Notes under the pieces: model-generated
What the model was told of the DNA's origin: nothing
The model's database searches: none
What the model saw: the letters and a program-made list of their open reading frames with translations, nothing else
Shown here: positions 50,601 through 59,868 of the stretch, in pieces
Numbering within the stretch: the stretch's first letter is position 1
Layout: every line of letters starts with the position of its first letter
Assembly (NCBI GenBank): GCA_964016885.1
Contig: OZ024745.1
Coordinates: 134,478,001 to 134,542,000 of the forward strand
Origin: Eledone cirrhosa
Taxonomy: Eukaryota
Direction of reading: 5' to 3'
Length of the DNA: 64,000 bases
Program-made: the position numbers and the translations under genes

Positions 50601-51026
50601 TGACATGCTCAAAGTGAAAAACATCATTTACCTATTGGCTAAATGAGACAGTTTCTCACGCAAATGATAATTCCTGTGATCCATTAAAAATAAAAATGAA
50701 TTATTGCTGTTCAGTTTTTCAGAAAGATAAATATAATTTGAAACTGATTATTTTGGTTTAAAGAGTATTTAATACTTGTTGATATGTCATTGTAATCTTT
50801 TAAAAGTGTGTTCCTTCATGTTATTCTGTATTTATAGGTGGTTGATATGGATCCATTTTGGGAACCTCAAACTGAGGAAGAATACCTACACTTTGGAGAA
50901 AAAGCAGATTCAGAGAATTTGGCTCGGTCATATATGAATGCAGTCCGTAAACGAAAGGGTTTAAAGGTTAATGAAAAAATTGTTGAACATGCAGAAAAAC
51001 AAAGGACGTTAAAAAAAAATAAATAA
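6020..51026 (+). CDS. EFL1: Elongation factor-like GTPase 1 (EFL1/EFTUD1/Ria1), 21 coding exons, 1086 aa
   Basis: Manually spliced join(6020-6113,9785-9852,13137-13221,14429-14562,16775-16912,18493-18549,19915-19944,23336-23451,25623-25746,27224-27303,34863-34996,36574-36696,37423-37522,38300-38430,40099-40253,44060-44213,45356-45487,45598-45745,45856-46739,47860-48044,50838-51026) = 3261 nt, open frame, all GT-AG. Motifs: [16 protein letters not shown] (G1), [32 protein letters not shown] (G3), NKID (G4), [11 protein letters not shown], and EFL1-type C-terminus [14 protein letters not shown]. Confidence 0.96.
6720..8000 (-). mobile_element. Degraded RTE RT fragment(s)
   Basis: [30 protein letters not shown]; same family as 28942-31323. 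Confidence 0.85.
8030..9115. mobile_element. Cluster of RTE fragments (EN on - at 8030-8340, EN on + at 8370-8860, C-terminus on + at 8880-9115)
   Basis: [15 protein letters not shown]; [31 protein letters not shown]; [18 protein letters not shown]. Confidence 0.7.
9785..9852 (+). CDS. EFL1: EFL1 exon 2 ([22 protein letters not shown])
   Basis: ttag / gtatct boundaries; completes the P-loop. Confidence 0.93.
10821..11145. repeat. 82-bp tandem repeat x4
   Basis: Units start at 10821, 10903, 10985, 11067. Confidence 0.92.
11769..12408. mobile_element. TTAA-flanked piggyBac-like non-autonomous element
   Basis: ttaa|ctctttaacattt ... aacactaagggg|ttaa; acidic [13 protein letters not shown] on the - strand. 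Confidence 0.5.
13137..13221 (+). CDS. EFL1: EFL1 exon 3 ([28 protein letters not shown])
   Basis: ttgcag / gtatgt; switch I RGIT. Confidence 0.94.
13329..13447. repeat. 24-bp tandem repeat x5 (tagtgacccatctggacactcttc)
   Basis: Directly visible; explains the ECPDGSLE pseudo-ORF. Confidence 0.9.
13736..14077 (+). mobile_element. tRNA-derived CORE-like SINE with RTE-type 3' end and (GAT)n tail
   Basis: A box tggcttagtggtt, B box gagttcaattc, CORE-like ccttagcaagacacttt, gaagggcatccagctgtagaaa, tail; near-identical reverse copy at 28206-28544. Confidence 0.85.
14429..14562 (+). CDS. EFL1: EFL1 exon 4 ([31 protein letters not shown]...)
   Basis: tttcag / gttagt; G3 motif. Confidence 0.95.
14654..14874. 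mobile_element. TTAA MITE (piggyBac-like), ~220 bp
   Basis: ttaa|ccctttt...aatgctaaaggg|ttaa; same family as 47345-47749. Confidence 0.8.
15160..15960 (-). mobile_element. Degraded mariner transposase remnant
   Basis: [40 protein letters not shown] (mariner C-terminus). Confidence 0.7.
16775..16912 (+). CDS. EFL1: EFL1 exon 5 ([25 protein letters not shown]...)
   Basis: ttag / gtaagc; G4 NKID. Confidence 0.94.
17665..18425 (+). mobile_element. 5'-truncated RTE (RT C-terminus + 3'UTR + GAT tail)
   Basis: [39 protein letters not shown]. Confidence 0.9.
18493..18549 (+). CDS. EFL1: EFL1 exon 6 ([19 protein letters not shown])
   Basis: Long polypyrimidine tract + ctag / gtaagt; in frame. Confidence 0.88.
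18635..19016 (+). mobile_element. RTE 3'UTR fragment with an internal ~139-bp tandem duplication
   Basis: Matches the reverse complement of 28546-28790; two copies of gtgtaggtgtcac...aaaacccgccagac. Confidence 0.8.
19915..19944 (+). CDS. EFL1: EFL1 candidate 30-nt microexon 7 ([10 protein letters not shown])
   Basis: ttttgtag / GAG|gtaaat, phase 0-0; lies in the variable G-domain insert. Confidence 0.65.
20200..20425 (-). mobile_element. Second CRE-clade fragment
   Basis: [27 protein letters not shown], homologous to 540-670. Confidence 0.75.
20727..21138 (-). mobile_element. tRNA SINE (core ctttcatcct..cggggtcgataaaataaagtaccag) whose head is amplified into a 50-bp tandem repeat x~4.7
   Basis: Units start at 20902, 20952, 21002, 21052, 21102. 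Same SINE family at ~4420, 10375, 21435, 35045, 45120, 51590, 56652, 62560, 63605, 63801. Confidence 0.8.
23336..23451 (+). CDS. EFL1: EFL1 exon 8 (...[25 protein letters not shown])
   Basis: tgtag / gtaaac; conserved GNVxFASAxDGW (G5). Confidence 0.93.
23752..25141 (-). mobile_element. hAT (Charlie/Buster-like) deleted element
   Basis: TIRs cagggtccccaaa / tttggagatgcctg; 8-bp TSD ttcttggg vs ttctaggg; ORF 24157-24525 [28 protein letters not shown] (hAT dimerisation domain). Confidence 0.85.
24574..24964. mobile_element. Foldback MITE with ~133-bp TIRs nested in the hAT element
   Basis: 24574-24706 is the reverse complement of 24832-24964 with a few mismatches. Confidence 0.88.
25152..25500 (-). 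mobile_element. CR1-group LINE 3' end with (ATT)n tail
   Basis: [41 protein letters not shown]. Confidence 0.85.
25623..25746 (+). CDS. EFL1: EFL1 exon 9 (...[24 protein letters not shown])
   Basis: gctag / gtaagt; LWGxYY motif. Confidence 0.93.
27224..27303 (+). CDS. EFL1: EFL1 exon 10 ([23 protein letters not shown])
   Basis: atag / gtaagt; [13 protein letters not shown]. Confidence 0.93.
28206..28544 (-). mobile_element. CORE-like tRNA SINE
   Basis: Reverse-complement copy of 13736-14077. Confidence 0.85.
28546..32655 (-). mobile_element. Near full-length RTE-clade LINE (APE endonuclease + RT with PHD-like insert); 5' boundary approximate
   Basis: ORFs 31400-32176 and 28942-31323 separated by one +1 frameshift; 3'UTR 28560-28941; (GAT)n tail at 28546-28560. 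Confidence 0.93.
28942..32176 (-). CDS. RTE ORF2-type polyprotein (EN-RT), about 1077 aa if the frameshift at 31405-31411 is corrected
   Basis: [43 protein letters not shown]; [45 protein letters not shown]. Confidence 0.88.
34863..34996 (+). CDS. EFL1: EFL1 exon 11 (DKEMVSKIV...[13 protein letters not shown])
   Basis: catag / gtaagt; WLPLS motif. Confidence 0.93.
36085..36375 (+). mobile_element. CORE-like tRNA SINE (second subfamily)
   Basis: gtggttagggtattcggctcacaa..gtttgattccc..gtgtccttgagcaagacacttt; related copies at ~22450 and ~51325. Confidence 0.75.
36574..36696 (+). CDS. EFL1: EFL1 exon 12 (MVAMKIPAP...SQDLRN)
   Basis: tgtag / gtgaga; phase consistent. Confidence 0.88.
37423..37522 (+). 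CDS. EFL1: EFL1 exon 13 ([23 protein letters not shown]...)
   Basis: attag / gtattt; domain II FVSKM. Confidence 0.92.
38300..38430 (+). CDS. EFL1: EFL1 exon 14 ([24 protein letters not shown]...)
   Basis: ggtag / gtatgt; domain II insert. Confidence 0.88.
38622..39896 (-). mobile_element. Degraded Tc1/mariner-superfamily (maT/DD37D-like) transposon
   Basis: TA|CAGGGTG terminus; [24 protein letters not shown] (HTH), [31 protein letters not shown]. Confidence 0.8.
40099..40253 (+). CDS. EFL1: EFL1 exon 15 (...[27 protein letters not shown])
   Basis: tttcag / gtaatt; AFARIFSG motif. Confidence 0.94.
40320..40549. mobile_element. Second TTAA-type MITE family (degenerate copies near 9480, 15990, 19020, 21170, 23110, 27345)
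   Basis: cccttttaataccaaac...aagaaaggg|ttaa; shared internal motifs cataattttatgtaagaa, ttttcaaaattatttgaaat. Confidence 0.55.
41400..42605 (+). mobile_element. Old degraded RTE RT + 3' end
   Basis: [38 protein letters not shown]; many stops. Confidence 0.8.
42650..43660 (-). mobile_element. Old degraded RTE RT C-terminus
   Basis: [24 protein letters not shown] on the - strand. Confidence 0.7.
44060..44213 (+). CDS. EFL1: EFL1 exon 16 (...[23 protein letters not shown])
   Basis: ctgtag / gtgagt; LMGRE...PAGN motif. Confidence 0.93.
45356..45487 (+). CDS. EFL1: EFL1 exon 17 ([14 protein letters not shown]...PIVRVAIEP)
   Basis: ttcag / gtaagt. Confidence 0.93.
45598..45745 (+). CDS. EFL1: EFL1 exon 18 ([20 protein letters not shown]...[13 protein letters not shown])
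   Basis: gttag / gtaata; domain III. Confidence 0.94.
45856..46739 (+). CDS. EFL1: EFL1 exon 19 (large exon; PFRETI...IWSFGP...[11 protein letters not shown]...DVL)
   Basis: tgcag / gtaagt; ORF 45893-46804, domain IV. Confidence 0.95.
47345..47749. mobile_element. TTAA MITE with an inverted copy of the same family (47450-47656) inserted at its internal TTAA
   Basis: Four CCCTTT/AAAGGG termini, each flanked by TTAA; the outer halves rejoin to match 14654-14874. Confidence 0.85.
47860..48044 (+). CDS. EFL1: EFL1 exon 20 ([11 protein letters not shown]...[27 protein letters not shown])
   Basis: tttcag / gtaagt; domain V. Confidence 0.95.
48260..49210 (-). mobile_element. Old degraded RTE fragment
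   Basis: [17 protein letters not shown]; homologous to the RT of 28942-31323. Confidence 0.65.
49765..50530 (-). mobile_element. 5'-truncated young RTE (RT C-terminus, 3'UTR, GAT tail)
   Basis: [40 protein letters not shown]. Confidence 0.9.
50838..51026 (+). CDS. EFL1: EFL1 terminal exon 21 ([24 protein letters not shown]...KKNK*)
   Basis: tatag acceptor, TAA stop; AATAAA overlapping the stop and again at 51113. Confidence 0.95.
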   Translation: MVDMDPFWEPQTEEEYLHFGEKADSENLARSYMNAVRKRKGLKVNEKIVEHAEKQRTLKKNK

Positions 51027-51784
51027 ACCTTACTAGATTCTTTAAAATTTATGTTGGAGACCAATTATTCTATTGAACGTAATTTTACAATTTGTAAAAT
51101 ATATTGTCCTGAAATAAAATTTCAGATTCTTGAAATTTATACAACTTTTATTTTACTATTCCATTCTTATCATGAGTATGCTGTTATAGGATTTAAAACA
51201 GTTGCAAGGTCAGCAAGGAGTTTGATTTTGTTTGTTACTACATCATCTTAATCAACTTTAATAAGCAAAGCTGATTGAATTTATTTAAAAAGTACAATAC
51301 ATTGTATGATTTAGTTTGTGAAGACATGCGGTCTAGTGGTTAGAACGTTGGACTTGGAATCATAATATAAGTTTGATTCCTGAATTGAGTGGCACATTAT
51401 GTTCTTGAGCAAAAGACTTTATCTGCCAGTTAATGCAATTGGCAGATATCAACAATAGAGACATTATTTCCTTGGTGTGTTCTGATGATCAGCTCCTTTC
51501 CTTTTTTTTTAGTTTGTTTTCTGTAGACTAGAGAACAAATGATAAATTGTAGAATTAAACCATTTTCTCCAAGTTGATATTATTTATATAAATTAGGCTT
51601 GTATTATAAAACGTCAGACACCATGCTTTGCAGCATAGAGTTATATCCCTTTATGTTCTGAGTTCAAATCCCACCAAGGTTAACTTTGTCTTTCATCCTT
51701 ATGGGGTTGATAAAATAAAGTACCAGCAATGCACTGGGGAAATTGCTAGCCTTGTGCCAAAAATAAAAACAATTATATATATAA

Positions 51785-52740
51785 CAGGTTAGGTCAGTTG
51801 ATTGACTGGGGTTGCTGCTGGAGCTGGGTTTAGGGTGGATGATGTGGTTAGGTTTTGGTTTGGGGATGTGTTGAAGTTGGGCTGCTACTGGAACTGGGTT
51901 TAGGGTGGATGATGTGGTTAGATTTAGTGTTAAAGTTCAGGTTAGTGTATGTTTTCAGTTAGATTTGGGGTGTTGTGGGAGTTTGGGTTAAGATTTAGGT
52001 TGAGGCTAGAGTTGGGGTTGGGTAATATTAGTGTTAGGGTTAAGTTGGTGTAAACGTAGAAGTTTAGGGTAGGGTTTGTGGTGTTTGGGTTATGGTTGGA
52101 ATTAGTATTTTTGTTAGGGATAGGTTTAGAGTTAGGATTAGGTTTGGGTTCATGTTAGGACCGGATTTGGTGTGGGGGATGTAGGTCGGGCTTCATGTTA
52201 AGGTTAGTGTTAGATTGGGGTTATGTGGAGAGTTTAGAGTTGAGGTTGGGATTGGGGGTTTGGTCCGTGCCACACAAAGTTGGGGTTGGGTTTACAGTTA
52301 GGATTAGAATTAAAATTTATTTTGGGCTTTCGTTAAGGGTTGTGGTTAGGGTTAGAATAGGTGTTGGTGCAAGGGTTAGTGTTAGGTTTAAGGTTATACT
52401 TAGCGTTAGTTATATATAGGTCTAGTGTTTTGGTTAGTATTTGTGTTGTGTTTTATGTTAGTCAGAGAATTGGGGTTTGAGTAGGGTTCTAAGGGTTAGT
52501 GAAAGGCTAAGTGTCAAGTTTATAGTCTGGGTAAGGCTTAGTGTCCATGTCAGGTTCAAGGTGAGTGTCTGGGTGGAGGTCAGGTTTAGAGTAAGGGTTA
52601 GGATTACAGTTAGGGAAGGCTTAGTGTAAAGGTTAGTACTATGGAGAGGGTTACAATTAAGTTTATGATTAGGGATAGCTGTTAGGTTTAGGCTTAGTGT
52701 TGGTATTCATGTTAGGGTTACGGCAGAGGTAAGATTTAGT
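51785..52740 (+). repeat. Degenerate G/T-rich TTAGGG-like array
   Basis: Recurrent gttagggtta/gttaggttt hexamer phase and strong strand asymmetry. Confidence 0.75.
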
Positions 52741-52885
52741 GGCAGGCTCAGTCTATGAGCCAGTGACAGGCTCAGTGTATGAGCCAATGTCAGGCTGTGT
52801 GTGAGTCAGTGTCAGGATCACTGTATGAGTCAGTGACAGGCTCAGTGTATTTGTCTGTTAGTGTCGGGCTCAGGGTATGAGTCAT
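52741..52885. repeat. ~24-bp tandem repeat (caggctcagtgtatgagtcagtgt)
   Basis: About 6 degenerate copies. Confidence 0.75.
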
Positions 52886-53622
52886 TTCCTGCGCAGTAAG
52901 AAGTGACTCCCACTAATAAAAGGGAGGAGGCTAATTTGGTTTGATATATGGAGATGATAGCTATGTTAGAAAGTCCTATAAGAATGAATTTCCTGGAAAA
53001 ATGCCATAGGGCAAACCTCCCAAGAGATAGAAGGATGACATTAATAGAGCATGCTGGAATACCACTGCTCATTCTAGAGAGAATTGCTCTGGACAGGAAA
53101 GTTGATAACTACAGTTTACCAATATAGAAATGTAAAATTTCCACTGTTAAATCTATCTCTGCATTTTAAGTATCATCCCATACTGTTTCTTACTTATTTC
53201 AGAATACCAGATGACATTGGGATAGATTAATTTTTTTATCTGTATGTATGTGTATGATTTAAAGAAACACATATATATGTATATATATGATGATGATGAT
53301 GATGATGATATATGTATGTTTCTTTAAATCTATGGTTGAATACTGTGAAATATTTCCTCAGACATGAGTTTATTGGCAAAATTTATTTTCTTCACTATGT
53401 AGTATATTTAAAAGAGGATTTTGTATTTTAACTAAACAAAGAAGTTTGCATCATCTTCAGATATTAACTGAGATCTCGGTAGAGGGAAATATAGAATATG
53501 ACAAAGTTTTTAGGAATATAATGCAAAAAATATTATGAGACAAACATCTGTATATTCTGTCGAGAAGAAAGCAAAATCATGGAATATAAATTGAGTGATC
53601 AAAGTGGATTACTATTCCTAAT

Positions 53623-53785
<163 letters not shown>

Positions 53786-53819
53786 AGATATATATTAAAT
53801 CCATCCTATGTCCCAAATG

Positions 53820-54520
53820 CAGACTATGGGTACACAAGAGATGTAGTGGATCCAAAGTAAGTTATCTCAGAACATAGGTTTTACATGTGGTTGTTTCATT
53901 GGAGAAGTAAACAGCGATTGCTCACAGGAGACAATCTCTATCAAATATTTTCAGTTGTCAGTTTCTGTTACCTGGGTGACCAAATTAACAGTAAAGGTGG
54001 GCGTTCCGAAAGTACTGGAGCCAGAGTGAGAATGGATTGGCAAAAGTTTAAGGTTTTTCCTTCAAAATGAAGGGCAGACTGTATGATGCATCTCTATGAA
54101 GTGCAATAATATATGGTAGTGAGAACTGTGCTCTGTGTGCAGAGGACCTCCAAAGATTGGATAGCAATGAAGATTGCATGCTCCGATAGATGTGTAATAC
54201 ATGAACAATACAGTGTAAATAAACTGGGAGAGAACTTGGGGATAACATGGATTAGGTATAGTGTGCAGGAGAGGAAACTGCAGTGGTTTGGACATGTGAT
54301 GTGTATGAAGGATGACAGCTGTATAACAATGTGCAGAGTACTCAAAGTTGATGGAAGCTATGAAAGAGGAAGACCTAGGAAGCTTGGGATGAGGTGATAA
54401 AAGCTGACCTCATACCATTGCACCCATCAGAGGTGATGTCACAGGATTGAAATCTCAGGTGTTATACAGTACTGCAGAAGACCTGCATTTCCATTTGCAT
54501 GGGATAAAGCAACATCTAGT
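53820..54520 (+). mobile_element. Degraded RTE RT C-terminus
   Basis: [31 protein letters not shown]. Confidence 0.8.
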
Positions 54521-54701
54521 GGTTTAATGTATGCTCCATTTGTCCCTCTCCTCATTCCATACTCCTCACATATCTTAGCACTCCACCCCCTTACCAGCAA
54601 AGTACCCCACACTGACCTACTCTAATACCTACATACATACAAACACCCACATTTTTTTTCCACATCTGATACACCTCTCTTGACCAATCCATTTATACAA
54701 G

Positions 54702-56074
54702 TGTAGTGATGAGGGCCAGCATTAGATAGTGGATAGATGTATTCTTTTCAGGATGAATGATAAAAAGAATGCCAGGATTGTGATGTTGACAATGTTTATT
54801 TACAATAACAAAATTCACTTGGTACATCGAATATCAAGTAATAAAATCGTGACAGTAATTATCACTACATTATTTTGTTACTAGCTTCTTCGAGCTAGCA
54901 TGTATGCATGTATCACAAAAACTATATAGTAAAAGTTGTGTTGTATCTTACAGTAGTACAATATGACAGGGAGATGAAAGGATAGATAAATTGTAGTAGG
55001 GAAAAATATAATGAACCTACTGTGTGTGTGTGTTTGTGTTTATCCTTAGCATACGTTGTTCTTGTAGTTGGTCAATCTGCTGAGCTGGTCTGAAATGTGA
55101 GAGCCTGTAAGGCCAGGAGACGGAGAGAGTCAAAGGTCTGTAGAAAGTGAATGGCTACATCATTAACCTCTCACAGACTGCTGCTTCGTGTCTCTCTGCT
55201 GGATTCCCTAAGTAATTGTATTTATAATAACCCTATAGCTATGTGTATCATCATCATCGTTTGGCGTCCGTTCTTCCACGCTAGCATGGGTTAGGCGGGT
55301 TGTCCTGTTGTGGACAGTGTCTGGTCAGCTGACCTTATCTTGCTCATATGGGAACTGATTCTGGCTTGATTTCTACAGCTAGATGCCCTTCCTAACACCA
55401 ACCTCATTTACAGTGAGTGCTGGGTGCTTTTTTTCCGTGGCGCCTACATGTCCACTTTACAGTGTGGGCTGGGTGCTTTTTGGCCGTGGCACCTCCACGA
55501 CCACTTTGTAGTGGGAGGGTGTGGGGGCATATTGTTTATATGATTCAGCTTCAGCTTGTTCCTCTGGGGGGTCGGGTCTTCTGTATTACTGCGTAACGCC
55601 AGAGGTCACGGTCATATGTCATTGCTCTTGAGAAGTGCAATTGGGTAAGGTCGGCCTTTATTACCTCATTCCAGGCCTTCTTGGGTCTCCCCACTCAGCG
55701 GCTTCCATCACCTTCTAGTGCTCTGCACCTTTTTATGCAGCTGTCATCTTTCATACACATCACATGTCTATACCAACGTAACCCTCTCCTGCACGCAGCA
55801 TTTGATTCCTCTGATGCTCAGTCTCTCTCTCAATTCGTTTATACTTTGCCGTTCACGCATATTACTATTACACATGGGTTCATTTAGGAGTAGCCATGTG
55901 TGTTTCATCTGTCAAGCACCTGGGGTCACAGGTCAAGTGGTATATACGTTTATCATAGTTGTCTCTTGACAGGACAATGGTGGGAACTCCCAACAATAGG
56001 TAGTTTTAGAGGCGAGAACCCTCAGATTCGGTTTCGAATCTTCGCCAAGTAAAACATAGGAGTATTCCATTACA
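54702..56074 (-). mobile_element. Probable solo LTR interrupted by an RTE 3' fragment (55247-55875)
   Basis: TGTAGTG...CATTACA termini; flanks caag/taag; TATAAAT (~55225) and AATAAA (~54797) on the - strand. Confidence 0.5.
55247..55875 (-). mobile_element. 5'-truncated RTE 3' end
   Basis: Near-identical to 49765-50335. Confidence 0.88.
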
Positions 56075-56791
56075 TAAGTATGGAGATCTTAAGATGCTCT
56101 CCCACAATGCTGCTGAAATGGCTAAAAGTCCTCAGTCCACCCTGTAAGGTAGTCATGCACCTGTCATGTCAGAAAAGTCCTCTTTGTTGGGTAACAAAAG
56201 AGCACATAACCCTCCCTGCAAGGTAGTCATGATGGTTACATGAGAAAAGAGCACCCAATCCACCCTGTGAGGTGTTCATTTTGGGAATATGACAGGAGGC
56301 ACCCAGCCCACTCTCTGATGTGGTCATGTTGGGGGCATGACAGGAGGCACCTGAACTGCCCTGTCGTGTGGACAGGTTGGTAACATGACAAAGAGCACCC
56401 AGTCCACCCTGTAAGATGGTGGCGGTCGTGATCGTGACAAAACAAAAACACCCAACAGGACTCAACAATAAATGCCAAGCCCACCTTGTAAATGTAGTTG
56501 GCGTTAGGAAGGGCATCCAACAGTAGAAACTGAGCCAGAAATGGTTCTTGTATGAGGAAGACACAGCCATCTGATCTACGATTTCACACAACGGGACAAC
56601 TCTTTTGACCCAGACTAGCATGGAAAATGGAATATAAACTGTGATGATATATAATTGTTTCTACTTTTGGCACAAGGCCAACAATTAACCCCAGTTCATT
56701 ACTGGTACTTTATTTTATCGACCCCCGTAAGGATGAAAGGCAAAGTTAACGTTGGTGGGATTTGAACTATATATAATATAATATATATATA

Positions 56792-58006
56792 CTAGCATTA
56801 AAGCCCGGTGTTGCTCGGGGTCATTAAGTTACCAAAGTTAGGTTGCACCACTCATTTTATAGCAGCACTTTTTTGTCTGCAAGGCACTGGGTGAATGGAT
56901 TGCAGACCTGGAAGCAGGAGCTGCGCCAGCAGTGACAATTGTAGTTTCGCCTATGGATATTATCTCTGTGCAAAAAAATGTTGAAATTTATTGTTTCACA
57001 GTACTTGCGCAACACGCGCGTAGACGATGCCAGCCGAACAACAGAGCTGCGATGGAGTTGTTCTGCATGGTTGTCTGTGTGTTTTCTAAATTTAAGACAG
57101 TAGGGAGGGTTGTGATATGAGGGAGAGTTAGCTGTATTTCTAGCAGGTTTAGTGACCTCATAGAGGATATGTGTTTTCTAAATTTAAGACAGTAGGGAGT
57201 GGTGTGATATGGGGGAGAGTTAGCTGCTGTTTCTAGCAGGTTTAGTGACCTCATGGAAGATGTTTTCTAAATTTAAGATAGTAGGGAGGGGTGTGATATG
57301 GGGGAGAGTTAGCTGCTGTTTCTAGCAGGTTTAGTAACCTCATAGAGGATATGTGTTTTCTAAATTTAAGACAGTAGGGAGTGGTGTGATATGGGGGAGA
57401 GTTAGCTGCTGTTTCTAGCAGGTTTAGTGACCTCATAGAGGATATTATTGTTTATCATTATCTATAAAAGGCAGATTGTTGTTGTTGTTGAAGTGAGTGT
57501 TTGTTTGTATGCGTTTGGAAAAGAGGTTTTAAAAAAGATTTATCGCTTGTTGTTGAATAAATGTATCTGTTGCTTTTTAAATGTTTTTTTATCATTTGAA
57601 GTGAGTGTGTGTTTGTATGCGTTTGGAAATAAATCAGTAAGTTTGAAGTATAAAAGAGAAAGTAGCAAAATGTGTGGGTTGTAGATAGAGGTAGGCAGAT
57701 GATATGAGAGAGTAAAACGGACAGTATCACCATCAAGCTTGGAAAGAGAAAGTAGCAGAAAGTATGAAGTTGTATAGATTTTGAATGGTACTGGAAAGAG
57801 TTTAGCAGTTTAAATGACAGAGAAAAATCGTAAAATATTGAGTTTTATCTTTTTTTTGCGTAATTGTGGGTGAAATTGAACAAATTATCTGTGCCAAGAC
57901 GCAATCGAAGCTATTTCAAATACTGAATTATAAATTTCAATTGAAGAAATTCTATATCGTAGATTTCTATAAGAAAGGAGCATGACCACACACTGAGCTT
58001 TATAGA
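56792..58006 (-). mobile_element. Non-autonomous Helitron
   Basis: On -: A|TCTATAAAGCTCAG at the 5' end; hairpin cccgagcaacaccggg then CTAG|T at the 3' end; internal ~92-bp tandem x4 (57080-57445). Confidence 0.8.
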
Positions 58007-58050
58007 TTATGATATATATAATATATATATAATATATATATAATATATAT

Positions 58051-58085
<35 letters not shown>

Positions 58086-58139
58086 ATATATATAATATAT
58101 ATATATATATATATAATATATATATAATATATATATATT

Positions 58140-59190
58140 CATCATCATCATCATCATCACCGTTTTACGTCCGTTCTTCCACGCTAGCATGAGTTAGACG
58201 GGTTGTCCTGTTGTGTGCAGTGTCTGGTCGGCTGACCATGCCTTGCTCATACAGGAACTGATCTGGCTTGATTTCTACAGCTGGATGCCCTTCCTAACAC
58301 CAACCTCATTTACAGTGAGTGCTGGGTGCTTTTTCGTGGCGCCTACACGTCCACTTTACAGTGTGGGCTGGGTGCTTTTTTTGCCGTGGCACCTCCACGA
58401 CCACCTTGCGGTGGGGGCATATTGTTTATATGCTTCAGCATGTACCCATGGGAGGTCGGGTACTCTGTATTACTGCGTGACGCCAGAAGTCACGGTCGTG
58501 TGTCATTGTCTTTCAGAGGTGTAATTGGGCAAGGTCGGCTTTTATCACCTCATCCCAGGTCATCTTGGGTCTCCCCACTCCGCGGTTTCCATCAACTTTT
58601 AGTGCTCTGATGATGATGATATATATATAATATATATCATCATCATCATCATCATCATTTTACGTCCACTTTTCCCTGCTTGCAAGGGTGGGACGGGTCT
58701 TATTCAGCACAGCATCTCTCCACTCGTCACGGTCCCTCGTCATCTCCACCGTGAGCTTCAATGATCTGAGGTCTGTTCTCACCACCTCCGCCTATGTTTT
58801 TCGTGGTCTACCTCTACCACGTCTTCCTTCAACTGGCATTTCCTGGCACTTCTTCACCCATCGGTCATCCTCCATGCGCATCACATGTCCATACCACCTC
58901 AGTCTCCTCTCCCATACACTACATTCTATCCCTCTCAGACAGTTTCTCTCTCAACACATTTATGCTGGGTCGTTCACGCACATTTACACAGCACATCCAA
59001 TGGAGCATGCTTGCCTCATTTCTCTCCAGCCGTCGCATATCCTCTGCAGTTGCTGCCCATGTCTCACTACCATGCAGCATCGCGCTCCTCACACAGGCAT
59101 CATACAACCGGCCTTTCGTGCGCAGGGAGAAACCCTTCTTCGTCAACAGAGGAAGCAGCTCCCTAAACTTCTTGCAACCCGTCCTTATTC
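58140..59190 (-). mobile_element. Two adjacent 5'-truncated RTE 3' ends (58140-58608 and 58637-59190) inserted in (TA)n
   Basis: (CAT)n tails; [28 protein letters not shown]. Confidence 0.88.
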
Positions 59191-59583
59191 TTTTTTCTTT
59201 TTTTTTTTAATTTCCTCCTATCTTTATTTATCTCTTTCTTTTCTCCATACATTTCTCTCTCCGATATTTCTCCAGGTTTTCTTTCTCTCTCTCTCTCCTT
59301 GTTCTTTTTTCTCTCTCCGTCTTTTTTCTTTTTCTTTATCTCCGTCTTTTTCTAATTGTGCTTAACACTATGACTTATTAAAACAATATAAACAATTCAC
59401 TATCCAGACAGCCTCCAAAAGTAATGGTTGTATTTTAAAAGGGTACATCAAAGCTATTTGTAAAACTGTTATATATTGTATTTTGTCTGATGAAGGCATA
59501 CCATAATTTAATGTGGTATCCCTGAAATATGTATAATGAAATAAATATGGTTTTATAAATATAGTTTCCATTTATTAATATCG

Positions 59584-59632
<49 letters not shown>

Positions 59633-59713
59633 ACGAAGGAAATGTGGTAAGGAACCAGGTGGACCATAACGCACCAAAGTACTCAATACTTAGGGTAGTA
59701 GAGTGGGTAATAG

Positions 59714-59813
59714 GAACAAGTAAGACCCCGACGGCTGAGCTCAAGCCGTTTCGATGGCTAATTCTGAATTAGCCGTCGAAACGGCTTGAGCTCAGCCGTC
59801 GGGGTCTTACTTG

Positions 59814-59816
<3 letters not shown>
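59714..59816. repeat. Near-perfect palindrome (51-bp arms, 1-nt spacer, 1 mismatch)
   Basis: gaacaagtaagaccccgacggctgagctcaagccgtttcgatggctaattc-t-gaattagccgtcgaaacggcttgagctcagccgtcggggtcttacttgttc. Confidence 0.95.
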
Positions 59817-59856
<40 letters not shown>

Positions 59857-59868
59857 TATATATATATA

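Noticed and set aside
6020-51026. Alternative call as eEF2 or EFTUD2/Snu114
   Set aside because: No diphthamide-loop motif seen and no acidic Snu114 N-terminus; the domain II insert and the C-terminal EHAEKQRTL are EFL1-type
53255-53332. Short inverted repeat gatttaaagaaac...gtttctttaaatc around TA/GAT microsatellites
   Set aside because: Too short and low-complexity to support an element
58688-59365. 225-aa + strand ORF
   Set aside because: Antisense of an RTE fragment running into CT-rich low-complexity sequence
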